The position numbers were made by a program, and so were the translations under genes. A stretch of DNA of 64,000 nt from Candidatus Hadarchaeota archaeon (lineage in GTDB: Archaea > CAYQAE01 > CAYVLA01): contig CAYVLA010000007.1 in assembly GCA_964452145.1 (NCBI GenBank), positions 19,906 through 83,905 of the forward strand, read 5' to 3'. Within the stretch, counting starts at the first letter, position 1; every line of letters starts with the position of its first letter. Under the pieces are notes generated by a model. That model did not search any database and was not told the DNA's origin. It saw only the letters and a list, made by a program, of their open reading frames with translations. Shown piece after piece: positions 46,526-56,769 of the stretch.

Positions 46526-47374
46526 ATGGTGATGAGGCGACCCGCGGTCTCTGGCCAGTTCTACGCCGGCAAACGGGATGAGCTGAGAAAGCAGATACAG
46601 GAGTGCTTCACGTCCAAAATCGGCCCCGGACTGCCTCCCAAGACCCCAGGGTCGGCTCGGAACGTCCTGGGTCTCGTCGTTCCCCATGCTGGGTACGTGT
46701 ACTCGGGTCCAGTGGCAGCTTGGAGCTATCATACCCTCTTCGCCGACGGCAGGCCGGATGCTCTCGTCATCCTGGGTCCCAATCATCACGGAGTCGGCTC
46801 CGGGATCTCCCTGTTTCCGGAGGGCGACTGGGAGACACCGCTTGGCACGGCATCCGTCGAGGCTGGCCTAGCCGAAGCCATTCTGGAGGCGTCCAGCATA
46901 GTCGATCGCGATACCAGAGCACACTTCTACGAGCATTCCATAGAGGTTCAGATCCCCTTCCTGCAGTACCTCTTCGGATCGGTGAACTTCGTGCCGATTT
47001 CGATGATGCTGCAGGATCTCGATACGGCTCTTGAGGTCAGCCGGGATATCGCGACCGCGGTGGCCTCTTACGGTCGGAAAGTGACCATCATCGCGTCCAC
47101 AGACTTCTCCCACTACGTGCGGCCTGAGGTTGCGCAAGCCAATGACCATGCAGCCATCGGCAAGATCATCTCCATGGATTCCGAGGGTCTCTACAGGGTT
47201 ATTGAGGAGAGGAACATCTCAATGTGTGGCTACGGGCCGGTGATGGTGGCGATCGAGGTATGCTCCATGCAGGGAGTCAAGCAAGGCACTCTCCTGAAGT
47301 ACGCCACATCGGGGGACATCATGCCCATGAAGGAAGTCGTGGGCTACGCATGCATCGCCTTCAGCAGGCCCTAG
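46526..47374 (+). CDS. MEMO1 family protein (AmmeMemoRadiSam protein B)
   Basis: RRPAVSGQFY, PHAGYVYSG, GPNH, EHSIEVQIPFLQ, ASTDFSHY, MCGYGP, VVGY. Confidence 0.93.
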   Translation: MVMRRPAVSGQFYAGKRDELRKQIQECFTSKIGPGLPPKTPGSARNVLGLVVPHAGYVYSGPVAAWSYHTLFADGRPDALVILGPNHHGVGSGISLFPEGDWETPLGTASVEAGLAEAILEASSIVDRDTRAHFYEHSIEVQIPFLQYLFGSVNFVPISMMLQDLDTALEVSRDIATAVASYGRKVTIIASTDFSHYVRPEVAQANDHAAIGKIISMDSEGLYRVIEERNISMCGYGPVMVAIEVCSMQGVKQGTLLKYATSGDIMPMKEVVGYACIAFSRP

Positions 47375-48180
47375 CTGCCGAATCGCCTTTCCCTCTGCTG
47401 GAACGTCCTGATCGCCCTGAGGAAGTCTATTTCCCTGAACTGGGGCCAGTAGGATTCGCAGAAGTAAAGCTCGCTGTAGGCGGATTGCCACAGGAGGAAT
47501 CCGCTCAGCCTTTCCTCACCCGAGGTCCTGACTATCAGATCCGGGTCGGGGATCCCGTTCGTGTATAGGTGAGCCCTTATCATGTCCTCGTCTATCTGGG
47601 AGGAGTCCAACATGCCCTGGCTCACCTTGCCGGCTATCTTCCTGCACGCTTCGACTATCTCCAGCCTGCCCCCGTAACCGACGGCCACATTGAGCTGGTA
47701 CTCGGAATAGCCCTCCGTCGCCTTTTCCGCTATGGCAATTGCCTCCCTCACGCTTTCGGGCAGTATCTCGGTCTTTCCTATGGCACGAACTCGGATCTTG
47801 TGCTGGTGGGTTCTCTCGTCCTTGGCTACCTCCCTGAACTTCTGTTCGAACATCCCCATCAGCTCGATCACCTCGCGGTTGGACCGCTTGAAGTTCTCGG
47901 CCGAGAAGGCGTACACCGTGACTATTCTAATCCCGAGATTCCAGCACCAGTCCAGCACTTGCTCAAGCTTGCTGGCCCCGGATTCGTGGGCCTCCCTGCT
48001 GGTAAGGCCGAGGGCCCTCCCAAACCTTCGGTTGCCGTCCAAGATAAGTCCGATGTGCTTTGGGAGCGGGCCCCGCTTCACGTTTCGCTCGAGGCGCCAC
48101 CGATAGAGCCTGTAGAATGGATAGAGCAGAAGGCCTCTGAGTCGTCTCTCTATGGCGTGCGTCTGGCGTGCCTCTCTCAT
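47371..48180 (-). CDS. uppS: cis-prenyltransferase (polyprenyl diphosphate synthase)
   Basis: HIGLILDGNRR, YAFSAENFKR, YGGR.EI, PDLIVRTSGEERLSGFLLWQ, RRFG. Confidence 0.96.
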   Translation of the reverse strand: MREARQTHAIERRLRGLLLYPFYRLYRWRLERNVKRGPLPKHIGLILDGNRRFGRALGLTSREAHESGASKLEQVLDWCWNLGIRIVTVYAFSAENFKRSNREVIELMGMFEQKFREVAKDERTHQHKIRVRAIGKTEILPESVREAIAIAEKATEGYSEYQLNVAVGYGGRLEIVEACRKIAGKVSQGMLDSSQIDEDMIRAHLYTNGIPDPDLIVRTSGEERLSGFLLWQSAYSELYFCESYWPQFREIDFLRAIRTFQQRERRFGS

Positions 48181-48309
48181 AGAGCGAAGGTCTTGCCATC
48201 TTAAATTTTTCTAGCGAAGCAGGATGAACGTTGCGGCGCTCCCGAGGCCAGTACGCGTGGTCCTCGGACGGGCCGTCGAAGATGAAGGTTTTGGGCCAAG
48301 CTAATTGAT

Positions 48310-48325
48310 GCAAAAAATTTATATG
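48310..48325 (+). promoter_or_regulatory. BRE/TATA promoter of wHTH-smc-scpA-scpB operon
   Basis: GCAAAAAATTTATATG upstream of 48380 in a GC-rich background. Confidence 0.6.
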
Positions 48326-48379
48326 TAGGGACGTATCCGGAGCCTCCGCCTGAGAGAATCCCCAAGAAAGGCGAATCCT

Positions 48380-48949
48380 TTGGTTAGCACCCTCGAGCAG
48401 AAGGGAATATACGGCCTTGTCGGCAGCCCGGAAAGACTCAAGATACTCGAGGAACTCAGATCCGGTCCGAAGGATAGAGGGTACTTCATCACCCTGCTTC
48501 GCCTCTGGCCCCAAGCTGTCAAGTACCACATAGACATCTTGGTGAAGGGGAGACTCGTCGCCGAAAGATGGGCCGAGAAAGGGAGGAGGAAGAAGATATA
48601 CAGCCTGACCAAGGATGGAGAGAGAGCGCTCAGCCGCGTCGTTGTCGGGAAGCGGTTTCCCGGTGATGACTGGGTGGAAGCGTTCCTTGGGCCCAGGGGC
48701 AGAGGCCTTCTGTCCTATCTCGCCCTCATATCGGACGGCAAATGGCATGAATTGGAGGACGCGCGCAGGCAGATCGGCGATAGGGAACTGGAGATCCTGC
48801 AGCGCAACGACATGCTCGAGGTGGATGCCCGTTCCTCGAGGGTCCGCATGAAGGAGTTCAACCTGGCGATAAACTCGGATTGGGTTCGGACCCTTGCCGG
48901 GCATCGGCCCAGAAACACCCGTGGCGGCGATGATCCATGGTCTACATAG
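48380..48949 (+). CDS. Winged-helix DNA-binding protein (ArsR/PadR-like N-terminal domain, possible second wHTH)
   Basis: SPERLKILEELRSGP...AVKYHIDILVKGRLV...GRRKKIYSLTKDG; overlaps smc start by 13 bp. Confidence 0.8.
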   Translation: MVSTLEQKGIYGLVGSPERLKILEELRSGPKDRGYFITLLRLWPQAVKYHIDILVKGRLVAERWAEKGRRKKIYSLTKDGERALSRVVVGKRFPGDDWVEAFLGPRGRGLLSYLALISDGKWHELEDARRQIGDRELEILQRNDMLEVDARSSRVRMKEFNLAINSDWVRTLAGHRPRNTRGGDDPWST

Positions 48950-51900
48950 AGAAGGTATCACTGAGAGGCTTCAAGTCCTTCGGCAACCAGAGGGTTGGGA
49001 TTCCCCTTTCCAAGGGTTTCACGGCCATCGTCGGCCCCAATGGTTCGGGCAAGAGCAACGTGGTTGACGGGATATGCTTCGTACTGGGAAGGATGTCAAC
49101 CAAATCCATGCGGGCCGAGAAATTCTCGGACCTGATATGGGCAGGAAGCCAGCACTTCCCGGCGGGTTCGTATGCAGAGGTCTCCCTTCACCTGAACAAC
49201 TCCGACAGGAAACTGCCCCTTGACGAGTCCAAAGTCGTCATATCTCGAAGGGTTGACCGGTCCGGTAGGAGCGTCTACAGAACCAACAAGAGCCGTGTGA
49301 ACCGCAATGACGTGGTCGACCTTCTCGCCATGGCCGGCATCTTTCCGGAAGGCTACAACATAGTCCTCCAAGGGGACATAACCAGGCTGGTGAAAATGAG
49401 CCCTCTGGAACGCAGAATGCTCATCGATGAGCTCTCCGGGATTGCGGAATATGACCTGAAGAAGGAAAGGTCGATCAGGGAGCTATCCAAGGCCGAGGAG
49501 AACATACGGGCAACCAATCTGGTCATTGACGAGGTCCTCTCCCAGCTCCGAAGGCTAGAAAGAGAAAGAGACGAGGCCGTCAGGTATCAGGACATCATCA
49601 GTCAGGTCAGAGAGCTTCGATGGCAGCTTCAGCACAACCAACTCAGGAAGTCCAGAGAACGGTACGACGCGATTCTGGAAAGAACCAAGAAAGGCTCGGA
49701 GCGCATAGCCGACATCGAGAAATCTCTCAATGAGATCAACTCCATGGTGCAAAAGGAACAGGAGCGGCAGGAGGAGCTGCAGAGAACCATAGAGAAGAGA
49801 CAGGAAATAGACCTTGAGAGGGCTGGAAAGCAGAACGAGGAGATCCGGGCCCAGATAGTCAGAGCCCAGGAGAATCTGAAGAACGCCAAGGAGAACCTCG
49901 AGCGCCAGAGACTGATGGTCGCCCGCTTGGAGGAAGAGATCCGAGGCATGGAGGATAGAATCAAGGGAAACGAGAACAGGATCAGGGTGCTCCAGGGGCA
50001 GAGCACGGCGATCCTTGCGGCCACCGAAGGCTATAGGGCCAGACAATCCGAACTCCAAGCGCAGATGGCAAAGCTGGAGGAATCCAATTCCGAGATGCGT
50101 CAACAGCTATCGAAGCTGGAGGCAAGCCTCAAGCAGGCCCGATCATCCGAGACGGTCGCCAGACAGAGGAGTTCGCAAGCGACCGTTCTTCTGGGCGAGG
50201 CTAGACAAAGGTTGGCCTATCTGCAGAGGTCGGTGCAGGACGAGTCATCCAGATTGTCGGCCTTGCTGGAGAGAAAGAAACGGCAGGAAGGTGAGGTCTC
50301 GGATCTAACGGGCCAACTAGCTGTGCTGGGGAAGGAGATAACCTCGCTTGTCGGTGAGCTGGACAGAACCAATCGGTCGCTGTCGGAAACAGCCCGGGAT
50401 CTCCAGGAGAAATCGAACCAGGAGGCGAGAATGGAGGCCCTCTTGCGTGCGGCCAAGGAGAGCGAGAACCCCATGAAGAGGGCGGTCGCATTCCTGTTGG
50501 CCAAGAGGGATGATGGATCCCTGCCCGGCATCATAGGCACGGTCTCCGAAATGGCGAAAGTGCCCGAGGAGTACAGGGTACCCATATCAGCAGCAACTGG
50601 TCACCTATCGGACTTCATCATCGTCGAGAACAGGGAAATCGCATCCTCCTGCATGCGTCTTCTCAGAGAGAATCGGGCTGGATGGGCCACCTTCATTCCC
50701 CTCAGGGATATCGAAAGAGTCGGTTTGAATCAGGCGTTCCTGGGCGCGAAGGGGGTTGTGGATCTTGCCTTGAATATGGTGGAGTTCGATGATGCGCTTC
50801 AACCCGCTTACGAGTTCGTGCTGGGGAGCACCGTGGTCACCGAGGATCTCGATTCCTCCAGCAAGTTGCCGAGGAAGCTCCGCACCGTGACCCTCAACGG
50901 AGAGATCCTCGATCCCTCCGGAGCCGTGTCGGGAGGACACTACGATCCCCTCGCATCGGGCTTTGGACCGATGTTAAGCTTCTCGGAGAAGGATCTTGCG
51001 AGCCTGCGGGACGAAATCGGCGGGCTGACCCAGGAAAGAAATGCCCTTTCGGCCAGTCTCGATAACCTGAGGTCGACCCTTGTAAGCAGAGAGAGCAAGC
51101 GGGCCGAACATCAAGCACGGATCGATGGCGCGCGAAATGAGATACTACTACTTGAGCAGGAGATCTCTCGGGCGGAACGCAGACTGGCCGAGGCCAGCAG
51201 TGCGATAGGTGAGGCCGAGGAAGCTCTGAAGCAGTTGTCCGTCCGGTCCGAGGAGGCTGATGGACAGGCAAAGAAGGCTTCCGAGGACCTAGACGAACTC
51301 GAGAAACAACGGGATGAGATCCTCAAGAGGATCGAAGGTTCGGAGCTCAGAGAGCGTGAGAAGGAGTACCGGGCTCTCTCAAGCGCCGTGAGTCAAAGGG
51401 TGGAATCCCACTCAGGCGTAGGCAGCGAGATCGCCGCGCTCGAAAGGGAGGTCGAACTGCTCAGGGAAGCAAGCACTCGCAGCCAGGAGGAGCTTCGAGC
51501 TGCTAGGCAATCCATGACCGGGCTGCAGATCATAAAAGACAAGATCGAAAGGGATGTGCCCAGCTTGGAAAAGGAGCTTTCCCAGATCTCCACCTCTCAG
51601 GATGAGATCAGAGAGCAGATCAAAGAGCTGAAGATGAATATCTACGAGAAGAAGCAGAGGCACAGCGAACTCGTTCAGAAACGGGACTCACTTGTCGAAG
51701 ACAAGAACAGGCTCAGCGTCGACGTGAACTCCCTAGTCTATGAGAGGAGTCAGCTGGATGTTGAGATCCACCAACTGGAACACCAGCTTTCGCTGGTCGA
51801 CTACGAGTATGAGCCGATAGAGATAGACAATCTGGAAGAGCTGTCCAGGAGGATGATGGCCCTTGAGGCCGAAAGAGCCAAACTCGAACCGGTGAATATG

Positions 51901-52530
51901 AGGGCCATCGAGGCGTACGAGGAGACCGAGGCCAAGTTCAATGAGTACAAGGAGCGCCGTGATAAGGTCATGGAGGAGAGGGAGGCGATCCTTCAGTTCA
52001 TGAACGAGATCGAGGCCAAGAAGAGGCAGGTTTTCATGGAGGCCTTTGACAACATCGCCGCCAACTTCAGTCGGATCTTCGCGAAGCTTTCGCCGGGTGG
52101 TTTGGGCAAGCTCATTCTCGAGAATCACGATGATCCCTTCCAGGGAGGGCTCGAGATCGAGGCAAAGCCGGCTGGCAAGGAGGTCAACGTCATAGACTCC
52201 ATGTCAGGCGGTGAGAAGGCTCTCACCGCCCTGGCGTTCATCTTCGCGGTCCAGCTCTACAAGCCCTCGCCATTCTATGTTCTGGATGAGATAGATGCCC
52301 ACCTGGATGACGACAACGTGAAGAGGGTGGCCGAGCTGATCGCCGAGACCTCCAAGAACTCCCAGTTCATCGTGGTCACGCTTAGGGATTCCATGATGGC
52401 TCAGGCCGATGAGCTGATCGGGGTCAGCATGGAAGAGAACGGTGTGAGCAAGGTCGTGGGCGTTCGCATGGAGGCCGGGAAGATCGTGGAGGGCGGAACT
52501 GTAGCTGAACCCGGAGGTGCCGAGGCTTGA
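48937..52530 (+). CDS. smc: Chromosome segregation protein SMC
   Basis: GFKSF, GPNGSGKSN, coiled coils, hinge (GIIGTVSE...GAVSGG), PVNMRAI, MSGGEK, LDEIDAHLD. Confidence 0.97.
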   Translation: MVYIEKVSLRGFKSFGNQRVGIPLSKGFTAIVGPNGSGKSNVVDGICFVLGRMSTKSMRAEKFSDLIWAGSQHFPAGSYAEVSLHLNNSDRKLPLDESKVVISRRVDRSGRSVYRTNKSRVNRNDVVDLLAMAGIFPEGYNIVLQGDITRLVKMSPLERRMLIDELSGIAEYDLKKERSIRELSKAEENIRATNLVIDEVLSQLRRLERERDEAVRYQDIISQVRELRWQLQHNQLRKSRERYDAILERTKKGSERIADIEKSLNEINSMVQKEQERQEELQRTIEKRQEIDLERAGKQNEEIRAQIVRAQENLKNAKENLERQRLMVARLEEEIRGMEDRIKGNENRIRVLQGQSTAILAATEGYRARQSELQAQMAKLEESNSEMRQQLSKLEASLKQARSSETVARQRSSQATVLLGEARQRLAYLQRSVQDESSRLSALLERKKRQEGEVSDLTGQLAVLGKEITSLVGELDRTNRSLSETARDLQEKSNQEARMEALLRAAKESENPMKRAVAFLLAKRDDGSLPGIIGTVSEMAKVPEEYRVPISAATGHLSDFIIVENREIASSCMRLLRENRAGWATFIPLRDIERVGLNQAFLGAKGVVDLALNMVEFDDALQPAYEFVLGSTVVTEDLDSSSKLPRKLRTVTLNGEILDPSGAVSGGHYDPLASGFGPMLSFSEKDLASLRDEIGGLTQERNALSASLDNLRSTLVSRESKRAEHQARIDGARNEILLLEQEISRAERRLAEASSAIGEAEEALKQLSVRSEEADGQAKKASEDLDELEKQRDEILKRIEGSELREREKEYRALSSAVSQRVESHSGVGSEIAALEREVELLREASTRSQEELRAARQSMTGLQIIKDKIERDVPSLEKELSQISTSQDEIREQIKELKMNIYEKKQRHSELVQKRDSLVEDKNRLSVDVNSLVYERSQLDVEIHQLEHQLSLVDYEYEPIEIDNLEELSRRMMALEAERAKLEPVNMRAIEAYEETEAKFNEYKERRDKVMEEREAILQFMNEIEAKKRQVFMEAFDNIAANFSRIFAKLSPGGLGKLILENHDDPFQGGLEIEAKPAGKEVNVIDSMSGGEKALTALAFIFAVQLYKPSPFYVLDEIDAHLDDDNVKRVAELIAETSKNSQFIVVTLRDSMMAQADELIGVSMEENGVSKVVGVRMEAGKIVEGGTVAEPGGAEA

Positions 52531-53222
52531 GACTCCAGCTCGACTATGGGCAGCTGGATCTGGATCGGGAGATAAAGCCCCTGGACCTTCTCCTGCACTT
52601 GGTCGTATCGGGAAAGATGAACCCATGGGAGATCGACATCATCGAGATCACCGACAGGTACATGGACAAGCTGCGGGAGTTCAGAGATCTTGACCTCAGG
52701 ATCTCGGCCAGGACCATTCTGGCCGGCTCGATCCTGGTCAGGCTGAAGTCGGAGGCCATCCTCCAGTCGGATCAGGTGGATCTCACTGAGGAGGAGGAGA
52801 CGGAGCTGAGGGAGATCTACCACATCCTCCCCCTCTACCCTCCCGTCAGAAGAGTAAACACGAAGACGACGCTTCCGCAGCTCTTCGAGGCCCTGCTCGA
52901 TGCCCTGGAGGAAGAGCGGTACAAGAAGGAGTTGGCCTTTGCCTCGATGGACAGGACGGAGGAACGGACCCTCATAATCGACGAAGATCGCATAGATGTC
53001 CGGGAGTCCATCAGAAGGCTCTACCAGAGAATCGTAGAGATCACTTCCGCTACCAATAGGACAACCTTCTCCCAGATTCTCCTAGGCAGGGAGCCGATCG
53101 CCATCTGCAGAACCTTCCTGTACGTGTTGTATCTGGTCAAGGACGGGAAGATCAGGGTCTGGCAGGAGGAGTTCTTTGGGGCAATCTACATCGAACCTCT
53201 GAATAGCGAGGCATCGCAATGA
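52527..53222 (+). CDS. scpA: Kleisin ScpA
   Basis: PLDLLLHLV...NPWEIDI, ILVRLKS, FLYVLYL...QEEFFG.I; overlaps smc. Confidence 0.92.
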   Translation: MRLQLDYGQLDLDREIKPLDLLLHLVVSGKMNPWEIDIIEITDRYMDKLREFRDLDLRISARTILAGSILVRLKSEAILQSDQVDLTEEEETELREIYHILPLYPPVRRVNTKTTLPQLFEALLDALEEERYKKELAFASMDRTEERTLIIDEDRIDVRESIRRLYQRIVEITSATNRTTFSQILLGREPIAICRTFLYVLYLVKDGKIRVWQEEFFGAIYIEPLNSEASQ

Positions 53223-53737
53223 GTCTGAAGGAGGACAAATCCCTGGTTGAGGCTTGTCTCTTCGCTGCGGGCAAGCCGGTGAAGATCGCCGAGTTGGCCA
53301 GTCTCGTGGGCACGAGATCGTTGGAGTACGTGGAGAAGCTCGTGGAGTATCTGACTCTGGAATATGAGGAAAGGGGCAGCTCGATCGAAGTGGTGAGGGT
53401 GCTGGACGATAGCTTCGCCATGCAACTCAGGACCGGCATGTACGACAAGGTCCAGAACTACTCGCCCAGAAGCGAACTGTCCCCGGCAGTTCTGAAGACA
53501 CTTGCACTGATAGCTTACAAGCAACCGGTCAAGCAATCCGAGATAGCCAACATAATCGGCACCCAGGCGTATGACTACGTGCGGAAACTGGTGGATCGGA
53601 AGTTCGTCTCGGCCTATTCCAGCGGGAGGACCAGGATTCTGAAGACCACCAAGGAATTCGCCCAGTACTTCGGCCTGGCCACCGATGAGCCTCAGGAGAT
53701 AAAGGAGAGGATGAAGGCGGTTGTCGTGGTCGAGTAG
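53219..53737 (+). CDS. scpB: Kite subunit ScpB
   Basis: VEACLFAAGKP, LKTLALIAYKQPV, GRT..L.TT..F..YFGL. Confidence 0.94.
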   Translation: MSLKEDKSLVEACLFAAGKPVKIAELASLVGTRSLEYVEKLVEYLTLEYEERGSSIEVVRVLDDSFAMQLRTGMYDKVQNYSPRSELSPAVLKTLALIAYKQPVKQSEIANIIGTQAYDYVRKLVDRKFVSAYSSGRTRILKTTKEFAQYFGLATDEPQEIKERMKAVVVVE

Positions 53738-53738
53738 G

Positions 53739-54155
53739 TCACACGGGTCCCAAGGTGACCTCGATCTCGACCTCAGGGTCCCTGAGTCCGTTAACGAAGA
53801 TCCGGTCCAAGTCTCCGGCGGCCTTGTCCGCCGAGATGAAAACGGTTCTCTCACAGATATGCTGGCTCGTTCTGAAGACCATCTCTCTGGGATGTCGCAG
53901 CGAAAGGGCTGGGTGTCCCATGCCCCTTACCTCCTCCGATGCATCCGGGATCTCCATAAGCAGGAACATCTGACTGCCTTCCTGGATTGCCTTCTTGGTT
54001 TTCTCGGAGATGTCCGCGCATCCCTTGCTGCTTGCCACGCCGACGATGCAGTCCGCCTTTCGGGTGATCTCCGGGTCCGTCGTCAATTCGAGCGTGGTGG
54101 GATGGAGGGAGGTTATGTACGAATGTCCCCTAGCTTTGAACCTGTCACGATCCAT
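53739..54155 (-). CDS. DUF371 family protein
   Basis: ARGH...HPTTLELT.D, DCIVGV, VFRTS...ERT, ADKAA.DLDR. Confidence 0.85.
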   Translation of the reverse strand: MDRDRFKARGHSYITSLHPTTLELTTDPEITRKADCIVGVASSKGCADISEKTKKAIQEGSQMFLLMEIPDASEEVRGMGHPALSLRHPREMVFRTSQHICERTVFISADKAAGDLDRIFVNGLRDPEVEIEVTLGPV

Positions 54156-54189
54156 CAGATATTATAGAGCGGGCTCTGGTAATAATGTG

Positions 54190-54861
54190 ATGGGCCCCAT
54201 CGATTTCGCAGCGAGAAGAAGCAACTTGGTGGAAAGCCTTTGTTCCTCGGGTTACGTCGTGACGGATCGGGTCAGAAAGGCCTTCCTTCAAGTGCCAAGG
54301 GAGCTCTTCGTACCTGCCAGCCTTGCCTCAAGCGCCTACGTCGACACCCCGCTCCCGATCGGAGAGGGGCAGACGATCTCCGCCCCCTCTATGATAGCCA
54401 TAATGCTTGAGGAACTGGATCTGAGGAAGGGTCTGAAGGTCTTCGAAGTGGGGGCTGGCAGTGGCTACAACGCCGCCCTGCTCTACGAGACCGTCGAGCG
54501 GAAGGTCATCACCGTGGAGAGGCTGCGGCGGCTGGTTGAGCTGGCTAGGCGGAACCTCAAGGCCTCGGGCTATGAAGGAAGGGTCGATGTCGTTGAAGGC
54601 GACGGCACGAAGGGATATGAGCCGGAGAGCCCCTACGACCGGATCCTCGTCACCGCGGGGGCACCCGCCATACCTCGCCCATTGGTTGAGGAGCTCGCCA
54701 CGAACGGCATCCTGGGGATACCGGTCGGGAGCCACCAGAGCTTTCAGGAGTTCGTCACGGGCGTCAAGGGCCCCGACGGGTCCTTCAAGACGAAATCCCA
54801 TGGTGGCTGCGCTTTCGTTCCGCTAATAGGGGAACACGGTTGGAGGGACTGGCATGGATAG
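54190..54861 (+). CDS. pcm: Protein-L-isoaspartate O-methyltransferase
   Basis: VPRELF, GQTISAP, EVGAGSGY, GDG..G, PYDRI.VTAG, FVPLIG. Confidence 0.95.
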   Translation: MGPIDFAARRSNLVESLCSSGYVVTDRVRKAFLQVPRELFVPASLASSAYVDTPLPIGEGQTISAPSMIAIMLEELDLRKGLKVFEVGAGSGYNAALLYETVERKVITVERLRRLVELARRNLKASGYEGRVDVVEGDGTKGYEPESPYDRILVTAGAPAIPRPLVEELATNGILGIPVGSHQSFQEFVTGVKGPDGSFKTKSHGGCAFVPLIGEHGWRDWHG

Positions 54862-55129
54862 CATCGTGATCTGGCCGGCCTTCATGGACTCCGAACTTCC
54901 TCGGAGGCTGGGAAGGAGGCTTCCCCGCAGATTGTGCGTCAAATCTCCTAAGCCCGAAGAGATCCTGGAGGCCGCCCGGCGACTTGGCCTTGGGCCTGAG
55001 ATCGGCAGCAAGTCCTATCCGAGAAGATGGCATTCTGAGCGCAGAGCGATTCTGATAAGCGCGAAAACCTCCAGATCCCAAGCCGTCCGGCGGATAGCTG
55101 AGGAGATTAGGCTGCAGAGGTCTCGATGA
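54854..55129 (+). CDS. srp19: Signal recognition particle 19 kDa protein
   Basis: IWPAFMDS...GRRLP, EEI..AA..LG, KSYPR.W. Confidence 0.88.
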   Translation: MDSIVIWPAFMDSELPRRLGRRLPRRLCVKSPKPEEILEAARRLGLGPEIGSKSYPRRWHSERRAILISAKTSRSQAVRRIAEEIRLQRSR

Positions 55130-55316
55130 AGCCGCGATATGGGCGCAGCTTGTGGAGAGAGAAGGAACATGGGGGGAGGGGACGGAAAGGAAGGGGATAA
55201 ACTATTTATGGCATGACAGTCCTCCAGACCCGACGGGGAAGGGAGCCGGGGAACTAGGGCGGCGTTTGATCGACGACTCGCGGCATCCATCGGCACCACC
55301 TCGGCACGGTGCTCTG

Positions 55317-55583
55317 ATGAGAACGCTTGGCAGGGTGGTTGGTAGGAGCCGGTCGGGCCATTGGATAGTGAAGGGCGAGATAGCACCTGCTGTTGGAGCC
55401 ACTGTGGTGAACAGGGAGTTCCGTGTCCTAGGCCGGGTCAACGACGTCTTCGGCCCTGCGAGCAAGCCTTACATATCGGTCGGCAGACAAGAGAGGCAGG
55501 CGGATGCCTCGCCCGGGGATACGGTCTACTGCCTCACCCCCAAGGATCGGAGGGTGGGAGGTTGGAGGGTTACGACTCGGTAG
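55317..55583 (+). CDS. gar1: H/ACA RNP protein Gar1
   Basis: [25 protein letters not shown]; adjacent to tfb as commonly seen in archaea. Confidence 0.85.
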   Translation: MRTLGRVVGRSRSGHWIVKGEIAPAVGATVVNREFRVLGRVNDVFGPASKPYISVGRQERQADASPGDTVYCLTPKDRRVGGWRVTTR

Positions 55584-56503
55584 ATGATGACGCACTTGAG
55601 CCAGCGGAGGAGTCACGATGCCCCGAGTGCGGATGCACCAAGTTAGTCCGAGACTACGAAAGAGCCGAGGTGACCTGTGCCGCATGTGGCTTGGTCGTTG
55701 ATGACCGGCTGTTGGATCTGGGGCCGGAGTGGAGGGCCTTCGACGGCGAACAGAGGGACAGGAGGGAGAGGGGGGGCGCTCCGATGACCTACACGATCCA
55801 TGATAAGGGACTCTCCACCATGATTGACTGGAGGGACAAGGATATCTTCGGACGATTCCTAACACCGCAGCGCAGGTCCCAGATGAGCCGCCTTCGCAAG
55901 TGGCACATGAGGTCCAGAATATCCGATTCAACGGAACGGAACCTTGCCTTTGCCCTTTCAGAGATTGACAGGATCGCGGCACAGCTCAGGCTGCCTCGGA
56001 ACGTGCGGGAGGGGGCGTCGGTAATCTATAGGCGAACCGTTGAGCATAGGCTGATCCGGGGCCGGTCGATCGAATCGGTGACGGCTTCCTCCCTTTATGT
56101 TGCGTGCAGACAGTTCTCGGTGCCAAGGACGCTTGAGGAGATAGCGGCTGTCACGAAGGTTGACAAGAAGGAGATCGGTCGAACCTACCGATTCCTTGCA
56201 CGTGAGCTGGGGATCAAACTGGCCCCGACCTCGCCGGTGGACTACATCCCCCGATTTGCAAGCGACCTGAAATTGTCCGGCAAGGTCCAGGCGCAGGCTA
56301 TTGAGATACTGGGCAAGATCGTGGATCAGGGCTTGACCTCCGGAAGGGGTCCCATGGGCGTCGCCGCGGCCGCGCTCTACCTTGTTGCCGTGGCGAACCA
56401 GGAAGAGCGAACCCAGAGAGAGGTCGCAGAGGTGGCAAGAGTCACCGAGGTGACGGTCCGTAACCGATACAAAGAGATGGTCGAGTACCTCAACCTCTCC
56501 TGA
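55562..56503 (+). CDS. tfb: Transcription initiation factor IIB (TFB) 1
   Basis: CPECG..C..CG zinc ribbon, [40 protein letters not shown]. Confidence 0.96.
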   Translation: MEGYDSVDDDALEPAEESRCPECGCTKLVRDYERAEVTCAACGLVVDDRLLDLGPEWRAFDGEQRDRRERGGAPMTYTIHDKGLSTMIDWRDKDIFGRFLTPQRRSQMSRLRKWHMRSRISDSTERNLAFALSEIDRIAAQLRLPRNVREGASVIYRRTVEHRLIRGRSIESVTASSLYVACRQFSVPRTLEEIAAVTKVDKKEIGRTYRFLARELGIKLAPTSPVDYIPRFASDLKLSGKVQAQAIEILGKIVDQGLTSGRGPMGVAAAALYLVAVANQEERTQREVAEVARVTEVTVRNRYKEMVEYLNLS

Positions 56504-56671
56504 TGCCAACGCTCGTCTCATAAGCCAATCCTCACTCCTCCAATCCCAAAATGGCGGCGCTTGGCGTGCATAGATTTTTAAGGTAAAGCGCTTATAAGTA
56601 ACGTGCCTTCTGGAGACGGAAGCGCCAGCCGCTCTTGTAAGGCTTCCCTGCCTAATTCTCCAAGAAAAGAG

Positions 56672-56703
56672 AGTTTCGAAACTATCGTTTACATTGAATG
56701 TAA
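56672..56703. promoter_or_regulatory. Two adjacent perfect palindromes upstream of second tfb
   Basis: AGTTTCGAAACT (56672-56683) and TTACATT-G-AATGTAA (56689-56703). Confidence 0.55.
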
Positions 56704-56769
56704 GATACCAAACTTTGCCAGAATGGTCGTGCTGACATCTCTTCGCCCGCTCCCTATCCGCTCGGGAGG

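Noticed and set aside
38906..53737. UvrD plus SMC/ScpAB as a Wadjet-like or other defence system
   Set aside because: SMC has a canonical hinge and housekeeping context, no JetD/Toprim nuclease is adjacent, and UvrD is 8 kb away and unlinked
56504..56769. AT-rich spacer as possible replication origin
   Set aside because: No ORB-like repeats and no cdc6/orc1 in the window; promoter explanation is sufficient
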